The translations under genes were made by a program, and so were the position numbers. The notes below the pieces were generated by a model. The model ran no database searches, was not told where the DNA came from, and saw only the letters and a program-made list of their open reading frames with translations. From the NCBI GenBank assembly GCA_050246815.1, contig JBFWVI010000048.1, positions 1 to 20,469 on the forward strand: a stretch of DNA of 20,469 nt, written 5' to 3'. Shown in pieces: positions 8,049-15,923 of the stretch. The stretch is from Bdellovibrionales bacterium. GTDB lineage: Bacteria; Bdellovibrionota; Bdellovibrionia; Bdellovibrionales; UBA1609. Each line of letters begins with the position of its first letter. The first letter of the stretch is position 1.

Positions 8049-10250
8049 TTAAAATGAAATTTCAGATTCGGTGACAACACAGCTTAAGTCGCTCATAGAC
8101 ACCGGCTTGATTTCTTTCGAGAACAATCCCGCCGGGGGGAAATGAACCTTAAGTTCGGCCAAGAAACGCTTGGTGCACTCATGTTGCACTCGACGAACTT
8201 CGACTACGGCGTATTTTGGTTTGGGCTTTGGTGTGGTTTGAGCCTGCGCCTTGCTGGCCCTGCGAATGCTCGCCCGCAATTCATCCTCACTTTGCAGACC
8301 AATGTTATTGCCCCGATTGTCGCGTCCCTCATTGATCGAATAAACGTCAATTTGACGACGGGCGGGCGCCGCAGAACCACCCGAAATCATTTTTTTCTCT
8401 TTGTCATAACGAATGACCTCGTGCCCCACGCAGCGCAGGTTTAAACTTGCGCCCGCCGAAGGAATCACAGGCACCTCAACGGGAGCAGCCGGCATCACCG
8501 CCACCACGGTTCCACTGCCACCCATCACGGCCACGACTGTAGGTTCTTTTTCGGAAGCGACAAAAGTAGATGCCGCAATGGACGGCGCCGATGGGGCCGC
8601 AGTCTCAGGGAAATCAAAATCCATCTGCAAACCACGAATCGAAGACAAGGGCTGCAAAATATCGTCGGCACGCGAAGCGCGCAAATCAGTCACCGTTTTG
8701 ACATTGAGTTCAATCGCACCTTCGGATTCTGAAGGCACCATCACGTGCAAGCTTGTGGCGCCGCCAACCGAACCCGTTAATTCGATCGAGGTCGCCATAG
8801 CCAATCCCTGCGCGTCATCGCCCGCACGCACGTCTGGCGCGACACAAGACACATTTAAAAAACGTCGATTGCCCACGTGGACCACATTGGGAATCAAGGC
8901 CAAATCCTGTGCAGCGACGGCTACCTTTTCGATCTTTTTTGGCTTCTCGATCTCTTTGCCATCAAGCCCCACCGCAGGTGGTTCATTCGAAAAAGCGGCT
9001 ACTTCAACCATATCGAACTTGCGTGTGGGCAAATAGGCACACATAGCCATGCATTTTTCAGCCGGCATTTTCATCACGTGGCACATCACCACTTCCGCCT
9101 GACGAGCCGTACAGTCCTGACCTGGGCCGGTGGTGATTTTATCGTCAATATAAAGTCGGTTCAGGTCATGGGCCATACGAGCCGCTTGCAAAGCCACTTC
9201 CGCACTGATGACGGGTTTCGCGTTGACCGCATACCCAAACTGACGACGGTTTTCACAAGCGAGCGGAAGCTCACGCGAAAAAATGGAATAACCTTTGCTC
9301 ATCACGGCGGTCGACAATCTTTGATACTGAGGAGTCAAACGATTGCCTGTGCAAGTGCGCGAGCTTTCACGCAGAGCCTGCAGATATCCAGGAATAGGCA
9401 AAGGAGATTGCACAGCAGGAGCTATACCTGTCGCCACCACATTCGATGCCGAAACGGCCGGCGCCGATGCAAACACGGCCGGCTTGGGTGGCGCCGTCAA
9501 ATCATCCAGCAAGGCCGAGCTGAAAACGCGACTTTCCATGGATCCCAAAGTCGCCCCTTGAATGTTGTATATAACCGCATCCGGTAAACGGTTGCTAAGC
9601 GCACCTTGCAAAAGCGTTTTGACCAAATCCCATCGGGCATTGGCGCCATCGCCCTCCAAATAAGCAGTCACATCCAAAGCTTGCCCGTCCAACGTTTTGT
9701 TCACTTTCGATTCATACTGCGCTTTGATTTTTTGCAAACCCTGGGCGAATTGCTTCAGTTGAACTTTTTGAGCATTGCTGAAATCAAAAATCAGTTCCAT
9801 TAAGGCGCGGCCGTTTGGCTGGGCTGTCACGATCAAACGCGCGCGACAATTTTCTTTGCACGGCACTAAACGAAATCCAGTTATGGTCCACGAGGGCAAT
9901 TCGGGTTTGGCATGAGGATCAATCGCGGCCAAATCATGATTCAGCCAATCCGCACGCAGAAGGTCACGCAGACTCAACTTGAAGTAGGATTTAGGAAACA
10001 GATAAACCATGTCTGAGGTGTCAAAACTCAGGCGCCGATCCATTGCCACGTCTTCGACTGTCAGCAGATGTTCGGCCCGCTTCTGCTGTGCTGAGCTGGC
10101 ACCTGGTGCTGCATTGCGCATTATAAATTCTTGTGCTTTATTCTGGGTTTGGTTTTGCCCTTCCGAATTTGGACTCGACACAGCAAGTTCATGAAATAAC
10201 ATAAGAATGATTAGCGGTAACAAAAATAAAGAAGGTCGTAATGGCTTCAT
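8049..10250 (-). CDS. Large exported multidomain hypothetical protein (733 aa)
   Basis: GGAGG SD, N-terminal signal peptide, and Ala/Pro-rich linkers separating at least three domains. First gene of a 3-gene minus-strand operon (12-bp gap, then 23-bp overlap). Confidence 0.85.
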   Translation of the reverse strand: MKPLRPSLFLLPLIILMLFHELAVSSPNSEGQNQTQNKAQEFIMRNAAPGASSAQQKRAEHLLTVEDVAMDRRLSFDTSDMVYLFPKSYFKLSLRDLLRADWLNHDLAAIDPHAKPELPSWTITGFRLVPCKENCRARLIVTAQPNGRALMELIFDFSNAQKVQLKQFAQGLQKIKAQYESKVNKTLDGQALDVTAYLEGDGANARWDLVKTLLQGALSNRLPDAVIYNIQGATLGSMESRVFSSALLDDLTAPPKPAVFASAPAVSASNVVATGIAPAVQSPLPIPGYLQALRESSRTCTGNRLTPQYQRLSTAVMSKGYSIFSRELPLACENRRQFGYAVNAKPVISAEVALQAARMAHDLNRLYIDDKITTGPGQDCTARQAEVVMCHVMKMPAEKCMAMCAYLPTRKFDMVEVAAFSNEPPAVGLDGKEIEKPKKIEKVAVAAQDLALIPNVVHVGNRRFLNVSCVAPDVRAGDDAQGLAMATSIELTGSVGGATSLHVMVPSESEGAIELNVKTVTDLRASRADDILQPLSSIRGLQMDFDFPETAAPSAPSIAASTFVASEKEPTVVAVMGGSGTVVAVMPAAPVEVPVIPSAGASLNLRCVGHEVIRYDKEKKMISGGSAAPARRQIDVYSINEGRDNRGNNIGLQSEDELRASIRRASKAQAQTTPKPKPKYAVVEVRRVQHECTKRFLAELKVHFPPAGLFSKEIKPVSMSDLSCVVTESEISF

Positions 10251-10293
10251 TGCAGAGGCCTCCGTTCATGTTGCACAATGTCAAATGACATGT

Positions 10294-10309
10294 AGCAAAA
10301 TGCCAACCC
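10294..10309 (-). promoter_or_regulatory. Possible sigma-54-type -24/-12 element upstream of the 10250 gene
   Basis: The minus strand reads GG-TTGGCATTTT-GCT (GG-N10-GC with TTGC), about 45 bp above the start. The -24 box does not match TGGCAC well. Confidence 0.3.
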
Positions 10310-10493
10310 GCAAGCAAGGCCGAACCTCAGTAAATCAAGCTGCAAATTTTTCAATGAAAGTTTTGTAGCCTAAACTTGAGTTACGGCTATTCCGCGCTTT
10401 TTAGATATTCGAATTGCCCGAGCCTTTGATTGCCCCTAGTCCTTTCACTGAAGAACGACGCGCGCTTAAATAAAATTGAATCGGGAGGCAATT

Positions 10494-11129
10494 ATGTTTC
10501 GATATTTGGCCGCTACTTTGACGACGCTCTTTTTCTCTTCACAGGCATTTGCGTATTCGCCGCAAGCGCTAACTCTAAACTACAGTGATTTTGAGCTGAC
10601 CAGCACCACCTATTTGAACTTGAGCGAAGATTTGCGCCGCAATTACCCAGATCATCTGATTGGCCGGCAGATCGCCGGAGTGACGGTGAAGGCCAAATCG
10701 AAATATGGCAACGGCGAAGCCACGCTTTGGATTGGCAACGCACAGTCGCGTGGCTATCGAATTGACGGTTCCGATCATTTTTACAACCCTGCGGACTGGA
10801 CCTTCCAAAATGTTTATATTGAGGCCCCCTCACGCGGCCGCCATGGACAATGGCAATTGGGCTTGAGCAACCACATGATAGTGCGCCAGGTGACTGTTTA
10901 TTTTGCCGATGACAATCACCATCATCCCCGACCACCCCACTCAAATTATGAGACTTTGGACTGCTCTTACGACAACACCTGTCGCCCCTCAGGCCGCATC
11001 GTGCGCGCTCGCTTGCAGTACGAATACTCCACCAATGAATGTGTGCTGAATCGCACTTGGGGTGTGACCCGCCAGTACATCTGGACCGCCGGCTATTGCA
11101 GCGCCCGCTTTCAGGTGGAAGTGGAATAA
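10494..11129 (+). CDS. Exported protein with N-terminal beta-sandwich-like domain and C-terminal DUF3011-like domain (~211 aa)
   Basis: Start at ATG 10494 after GGGAGG, signal ending in AFA. The C-terminal C-S...C...RL..EYS...C....TWG.....W..G.C.ARF pattern fits DUF3011. A His/Pro linker (NHHHPRPPH) precedes it. Confidence 0.75.
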   Translation: MFRYLAATLTTLFFSSQAFAYSPQALTLNYSDFELTSTTYLNLSEDLRRNYPDHLIGRQIAGVTVKAKSKYGNGEATLWIGNAQSRGYRIDGSDHFYNPADWTFQNVYIEAPSRGRHGQWQLGLSNHMIVRQVTVYFADDNHHHPRPPHSNYETLDCSYDNTCRPSGRIVRARLQYEYSTNECVLNRTWGVTRQYIWTAGYCSARFQVEVE

Positions 11130-11133
11130 AAAA

Positions 11134-12084
11134 TCAAGGATCTCGGACCAAAAGGCAGAGCGAAGGCCCCAGCTCCTGTGAGCCTCGTGGACAACCCTCG
11201 CTATTTTTTGCAAACGCCACGGCAGAAAACCGTGGCGTTTCTTTTTGCGGTTGGGCAGGTGCAACACGCGCACTGAGAGTGGGATCTTGAATCAAAAAAC
11301 CATCATCCAAGTCAAAGCGGGGCCAATACTTCAAAGTTTGCACACGGGCATGCAACGCCGCTATCGATTCGCAATAGGCCGGCCACGCCGATTGCGTCTT
11401 CAGCTTTAAATCCGACAAAACTCGATCAAATAAAACCGCGCCAGTGCCCCAATGCGAAGGCGCGAAGGTCAAAGCCTCAAGCAATTGCCAGCCACCACAA
11501 AAACGAAAGGCATAAGTCATCATCAACTGCAGATGGGCATACTGGCTGGTTCGCACCAAAGTCTGCTCAATTGAGTTTTCGTCCCAGCGAAGGGGCCAGG
11601 CCAACGAGACCTCGGGTCGATCAAAGGCGGCCTTTACCGCGCCGATAAAACGTCTTGAAACCTGGGCCTCCACGGCCAAGGCCAGCCCCTCTTGCAACCA
11701 CTCCTCCTCTTGTGGCCGACTTAAGCCATGGACCAGATGAAAGACCTCATGGGCCATATTGCCCGCGTCACCATTTAAAACCATTTCGGAGGGCGACATA
11801 AATAGAGTGGGGCGCCCATGGGGATCTTTGGTCATCGGGCGATGAAATCCTCCCCCTGGAATATTCTCAGTGAAAATAATCGACCACTGCGCTGGCAAAT
11901 GCTGGGCCAGCAGTGGGATTTTAGCAACTTGAGCCAGTTGACGGTCGGCATGCTTTTGAATGCCTTTAGTCCATCGCTTAAGACTATGCTCAACGTAGAT
12001 ATGAGGCTTAGAAAATGTGCCATAGGCGTAACATGAATACATGGTTACAATTAAAGTCAGTGATTTATAGAGCTTTTTATTCAT
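11134..12084 (-). CDS. Exported zinc metallopeptidase, gluzincin-type (HEXXH + downstream E), 316 aa
   Basis: AHEVFHLVH (11737-11751) followed by EEEWLQEGLA, which supplies the third-ligand Glu. N-terminal signal-like sequence. Confidence 0.75.
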   Translation of the reverse strand: MNKKLYKSLTLIVTMYSCYAYGTFSKPHIYVEHSLKRWTKGIQKHADRQLAQVAKIPLLAQHLPAQWSIIFTENIPGGGFHRPMTKDPHGRPTLFMSPSEMVLNGDAGNMAHEVFHLVHGLSRPQEEEWLQEGLALAVEAQVSRRFIGAVKAAFDRPEVSLAWPLRWDENSIEQTLVRTSQYAHLQLMMTYAFRFCGGWQLLEALTFAPSHWGTGAVLFDRVLSDLKLKTQSAWPAYCESIAALHARVQTLKYWPRFDLDDGFLIQDPTLSARVAPAQPQKETPRFSAVAFAKNSEGCPRGSQELGPSLCLLVRDP

Positions 12085-12250
12085 ATTCGATTGAACTCTT
12101 AAGCTATTAAATTTACTAAACTTTACAAACTAAAATAAAATCAATGCGCCGCCTTAAGTCGCATTTGATTTGAAACAACTGTTTCTTCAATTTTCGCTTA
12201 AAGTCAAATTATTATTGCGGCGGGTTGAGAGCTGCGATACCCCCTGCCTC

Positions 12251-13183
12251 ATGGAAGAAATAACCGCCACACCTGAGTTGAACATTCAAGCCCCAGTCGC
12301 CGTGGCTGCGCCAAATGTTTTAAACTATATGGACTATCGTGAATTCTTGCGCGACTGGCTGCAGTGGAAGAAAAATACCTCTCCACACTACTCAGGCACC
12401 CTATTCGCCACCAAGGCCGGCATAAGCTCACACAATCTATTGGGCATGGTGATTCGCGGGGAACGCAACCTGGGCCTGTCGACCATTCATGGCTTCATTA
12501 AAGCCTGCAGCCTGAAATCGCACAGTGCACTTTATTTCGAGCGTCTTGTGGTTTATTGCCAATCCAAAGACTCTATTGAACGCGCCGAAATTTTTGAACA
12601 ACTGGTGCAGCTGGGTAAAAAACGCGGTGTCGAGAACTTAAAGTCTCTGCAAAACTACAGTCAGTATTTAACTGGATGGCACGTTGTCGCGATCCGCGAG
12701 TTGGTTCATCTTAAAGATTTCCAAAACGATCCTGAATGGATTTCAATAAAACTCAAACGCAAGATCAGTCGCCGCCAAGCCGAAGCGGCAATGGAAACTT
12801 TAAAAACTTTGGGTTTAATTGAGTGGGACTCTTTGTTGAACCGTTACGTCAACAAAGAAGCCAATCTGGATATTGATGTTTCAAAAGTGGATTTTCGCAT
12901 TCGCAATTTTCACCGCAACTACATGGAGCGCGCTCAAGAATCCATTGATGGAGAAGCCATTGGCGAACGCAGCCTTTCTTCACTGACCATTGCCGTTTCA
13001 GCGGCGGATTTGCAGCGGCTGCGGGAGCGAATCAACGAGTTTCGCAAGCAATTGAATGTGGAGTTCAGCGACAGCCAAAATGACAAAGATCATGTGGTGG
13101 CCGTGAACACGCAATTTTTAATTTTAACCGAATCCAACACCCCCGAGAGCAAGAAAAAAGGAGCTAAATCCAATGACGTTTAA
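12251..13183 (+). CDS. TIGR02147 family (DUF4423) putative DNA-binding regulator (~310 aa)
   Basis: YMDYREFLRDW...YS...FA.KAGISS...L.MVI.GERNL N-terminal HTH region; W..VAIREL...KDF..DPEWI..KL winged-helix region; IRNFH, ERSLSSLTIAV, F.KQL...F, and N.QF C-terminus. Start at ATG 12251 is preferred over TTG 12170. Confidence 0.9.
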   Translation: MEEITATPELNIQAPVAVAAPNVLNYMDYREFLRDWLQWKKNTSPHYSGTLFATKAGISSHNLLGMVIRGERNLGLSTIHGFIKACSLKSHSALYFERLVVYCQSKDSIERAEIFEQLVQLGKKRGVENLKSLQNYSQYLTGWHVVAIRELVHLKDFQNDPEWISIKLKRKISRRQAEAAMETLKTLGLIEWDSLLNRYVNKEANLDIDVSKVDFRIRNFHRNYMERAQESIDGEAIGERSLSSLTIAVSAADLQRLRERINEFRKQLNVEFSDSQNDKDHVVAVNTQFLILTESNTPESKKKGAKSNDV

Positions 13184-14375
13184 ATCTTTGAGCCATTTGA
13201 TTCTTTTGGCTGCGCTGACAGGCGCGCAAATCGCCTTGGCCTCGCCCAGTGAAATTCCAGCCTTCGCCGCCCCCCGCACACAAGCAGTTAAAAATACGGT
13301 CAGCAAAGACTGGGTACTAGCCCAAGTGAAAAACAGCGGCACTGGAGTCGGCAACAGCAATCTGTCGCGGCAAAATTTATCGACTCCGGATGCGCGAGGA
13401 CAAGCCCTTGCCAATTTTTTTAACATGGAAAGATACGTGTCGCGGGCGCATGATCGCTTGCGCAACGTGGTTTACGGCGACCGCCGCGCCGCCTTCGAAT
13501 CTTATATCCATGGCGCACCCGATCAGGCCTTTTGCACCCTTCGTGCGGCGATGCTGAACGCCTTCCTGATGTTGCCCAACGGACCCATGACCAAAATCGT
13601 TTTAAATCGCGGCCTTGAGCTGGCCAACGCTCTAAACGCAAACAACCCGCATCTTGAACCTGTCAACTGCGCGGCTCCAAGCGATCAAGCGACGCTGATT
13701 CGTAAAACCCGCGCCGGCATGATGTTTGACTGGATCAAGTTGGCTATCGAAGTGTCCGAGACCTTCGATAAAAAATACTATCTACCCTATCGCTTCCTTT
13801 ACAACCGCTGTGCCCCAAATCCGGACCACTGCGATGACTACAACCATCGCGCGCCTGAAGCCTATCGTGATTTCGATTACCGCGAATTTGAACTAGAGAG
13901 TGTGCGCCTAGCCGGCAAACAACTTAGCACACTACAAAAGGGTTTTTCTTTGCAAGGCCCCTACGGCACAGTTCCTTTTGGCTCTTTAAAGATGGTCTTG
14001 GTTGCGATCACATCTTTGTCTGACAGCGTGGCTGCGGACATGCTGAACAATATGTATATGTATGCTTTCCACAAAGGCGTTGTGCAACTGCACAGCCTGG
14101 CCTGCTACCTGCGCGACTCTCACTACAGCGAAGGCGGCATTCGACTTTTTCGCTTCGCCATGAAAGAGCTAGGCGAAGCTACCGATGAATTTGAAAGTGG
14201 CACTTTCAATCGCTGCGACAAAGACTGTGCAGATAACAATGACTGGGTGACACCCGATGAAGGTTGGGTTGCTCCTAGCCGCCCCGGCCGCACCGCCCCT
14301 GGTTTTGTAGATAAAAATGACGACGGTGATTGGGTGGCTCCGCACCCTCACCCGACAAAACGAAAAAGACCCTAG
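13173..14375 (+). CDS. Exported alpha-helical hypothetical protein (400 aa); putative paralog of 2073-3086, with a WVxP-repeat tail
   Basis: AAGGAG SD and an 11-bp overlap with the TIGR02147 gene; signal peptide ends in ALA. Motifs PMTKIVLNRGLEL, FDYREFEL and VPFGS-x17-DMLNNMY. Confidence 0.85.
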   Translation: MTFKSLSHLILLAALTGAQIALASPSEIPAFAAPRTQAVKNTVSKDWVLAQVKNSGTGVGNSNLSRQNLSTPDARGQALANFFNMERYVSRAHDRLRNVVYGDRRAAFESYIHGAPDQAFCTLRAAMLNAFLMLPNGPMTKIVLNRGLELANALNANNPHLEPVNCAAPSDQATLIRKTRAGMMFDWIKLAIEVSETFDKKYYLPYRFLYNRCAPNPDHCDDYNHRAPEAYRDFDYREFELESVRLAGKQLSTLQKGFSLQGPYGTVPFGSLKMVLVAITSLSDSVAADMLNNMYMYAFHKGVVQLHSLACYLRDSHYSEGGIRLFRFAMKELGEATDEFESGTFNRCDKDCADNNDWVTPDEGWVAPSRPGRTAPGFVDKNDDGDWVAPHPHPTKRKRP

Positions 14376-14405
14376 ACCCTCGAACCCAAATTTCTTGTTT
14401 CCCCC

Positions 14406-14463
14406 ATAGATGCGTGCGGCGCCCCCTCTCACCCCCTAGGCGCCCCGCATCTATTCCTTTTTT
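14406..14463 (+). terminator. Putative hairpin terminator between convergent genes
   Basis: ATAGATGCG (14406-14414) pairs with CGCATCTAT (14446-14454), with an inner GGCGCC/GGCGCC stem, followed by TCCTTTTTT. Confidence 0.55.
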
Positions 14464-14476
14464 AAAATCTCTCTCG

Positions 14477-15718
14477 CTAGAAAATCGCCTTAGGACACGA
14501 AAACTTACCGTGCAGTCGCCAATACCAGCCATCCCATGCACCATACAGACCAGGATAGAAAGTGCAGCCCATTTTGCGCATGTATGGCTCATAGTACATT
14601 CCGAAGTTGTGCGGATCATAGTTGGCGGGATCATTTGCATAAATGGCGTCAAGATCGACAACGGTTCCATCCGGAAAAGTTGCTGGTCCCGGACCATTGC
14701 CACTTTGCCGACTAATCGCAAATGACTTCTCGTCGTAAATTTGCAAATCGTCGTACGGCTGATAGGCCATGAACTGCGCCTCTGTCGCTTTCATTTTATA
14801 AATTTTAATCGGGTAACCTGTGTAGATATCACCACCACTATAGATGCGATAATAAGTCTTGCCGCTGACCACTGGGGGCAAAGGTGCATCTTGACGAGTG
14901 CAGCTTTCTGCAGTGAAACTTCCACTCAACACGCCATTTTGGCACCGGCGAGTTTGACCAACACAGTCTTCATTGTAGGCCACCAGACCCCGCGCAAACG
15001 CCGTGACACTTTCACCATGCGCCAAAGTGCGCCCGTTGAATGCGCAACCGGCAGGCGCACCCACCGTGCAGTTTCCATACATATAGTTGCCGGACAAAGT
15101 TCCATTTTGACAAATGCGCGGTTGTGAATTGCACGTTGTGCCAAAGGGCACTGTCGTGGTCAAAAAAGCCACGACCGTTTCATTGTGCAAAAGCATACGA
15201 CCGTCAAATAAACATCCTGCCGGTGCGCCCACATCGCATATCGGATACTCAAAAGAACCACTCAGCACTCCATTACGGCAAACTCGATTTTCCCCTTGGC
15301 AAACTCCGCCAAAAGCAACCGCTGAACTTTGATAGGCCATGACCGCACCCAGATGAGGAACAGTTTGACCGCCGAATAAACAGGCCGCGGGCGCACCGAC
15401 CTCGCAAGCGGCGTACGCATACGAACCACTTAATACTCCACCCGTGCAAAGCCGCACTTCACTTTGGCAGGAGCCGCCAAAAGGCTCTGTCGAATTTTGA
15501 TAAGCCACTACACTTGCGCCGATGGGAACTTCAACCCCGTTAAATGTGCATGGCGCGTCGGGATCCACATAGGAACCTTCTCCACCATCCTCGGCGGCCA
15601 TTAAGATACCTTTGTCGGACTTTTGATTAAAACGAAGGGCGTCCCCGCAACCAGCTCCCAGCAACAAACCGACTGACAATATAAAAGCCTTACCCAACCG
15701 AGTCTTGATTTGAGTCAT
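14477..15718 (-). CDS. Lipoprotein (~413 aa) with four 56-aa Cys-rich tandem repeats and a Tyr/Gly-rich C-terminal domain
   Basis: Start at ATG 15718 (MTQIKTRLG...) after AGGAG; lipobox-like LGAGC at residue 24. Repeats begin at C57, C113, C169 and C225. Confidence 0.85.
   Translation of the reverse strand: MTQIKTRLGKAFILSVGLLLGAGCGDALRFNQKSDKGILMAAEDGGEGSYVDPDAPCTFNGVEVPIGASVVAYQNSTEPFGGSCQSEVRLCTGGVLSGSYAYAACEVGAPAACLFGGQTVPHLGAVMAYQSSAVAFGGVCQGENRVCRNGVLSGSFEYPICDVGAPAGCLFDGRMLLHNETVVAFLTTTVPFGTTCNSQPRICQNGTLSGNYMYGNCTVGAPAGCAFNGRTLAHGESVTAFARGLVAYNEDCVGQTRRCQNGVLSGSFTAESCTRQDAPLPPVVSGKTYYRIYSGGDIYTGYPIKIYKMKATEAQFMAYQPYDDLQIYDEKSFAISRQSGNGPGPATFPDGTVVDLDAIYANDPANYDPHNFGMYYEPYMRKMGCTFYPGLYGAWDGWYWRLHGKFSCPKAIF
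14894..15556 (-). repeat. Four intragenic ~168-bp (56-aa) repeats
   Basis: Consensus C-x-F-x-G-x3-[PLA]-H-x3-V-x-A-[YF]-x4-V-x-[FY]-G-x2-C-x4-R-x-C-x-NG-x-LSG-[SN]-[YF]-x4-C, joined by VGAPA linkers; 4 Cys per unit. Confidence 0.92.
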
Positions 15719-15759
15719 GCGCCTTCTCCTGGCCAAATAGCTCTGCGCATGGATCAAAA

Positions 15760-15775
15760 AGCAAAAGTATCGCCG
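15760..15775 (-). promoter_or_regulatory. Putative sigma-54 -24/-12 promoter for the repeat lipoprotein
   Basis: The minus strand reads CGGCGATACTTTTGCT (GGC at -24, exactly N10 spacing, TTGCT at -12), about 42 bp above the ATG at 15718. Confidence 0.6.
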
Positions 15776-15843
15776 CACCAATCCAGGGATTGAATCACTC
15801 AAATGATCGACTTCTCAGTTGATTCTCATCGTGAGATCAGATG

Positions 15844-15871
15844 AAAAGTCCTCACATTGGTGAGGACTTTT
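15844..15871. other. Perfect 12-bp inverted repeat (terminator of the 16819-15924 operon and/or a protein-binding site)
   Basis: AAAAGTCCTCAC-ATTG-GTGAGGACTTTT, with short T tracts on both strands, about 50 bp downstream of the 15924 stop. Confidence 0.7.
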
Positions 15872-15923
15872 GTCTTGTATAAAGATCATTCAAAACAAAG
15901 GACTTTTTGCGAATCGTTCGAAT

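Noticed and set aside
9040..9125. Cys/His cluster in the 733-aa protein as a c-type heme site
   Set aside because: The sequence is VVMCH...KCMAMC, which lacks CxxCH spacing.
8413..9587. Long plus-strand ORFs 8413-9036 (207 aa) and 8877-9587 (236 aa)
   Set aside because: They are antisense to the 733-aa gene, which has an SD and signal peptide. They show no SD or recognisable motif, typical of shadow ORFs.
12221..12236. GG-N10-GC upstream of the TIGR02147 gene as a sigma-54 promoter
   Set aside because: It lacks both the TGGC and TTGC contexts, so it is probably chance.
14169..15342. Several overlapping short ORFs (14275-14721, 14330-14725, 14741-15127, 15040-15342)
   Set aside because: They overlap well-supported genes or cross the terminator hairpin, and their composition is not protein-like.
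15719..15802. N-terminal extension of the 441-aa ORF (and similar extensions at 1174, 6475, 10476, 12170, 16871, 17410, 17973)
   Set aside because: Downstream starts give better SD sites and/or proper signal peptides. The 15802 extension would also run across the sigma-54-like promoter.
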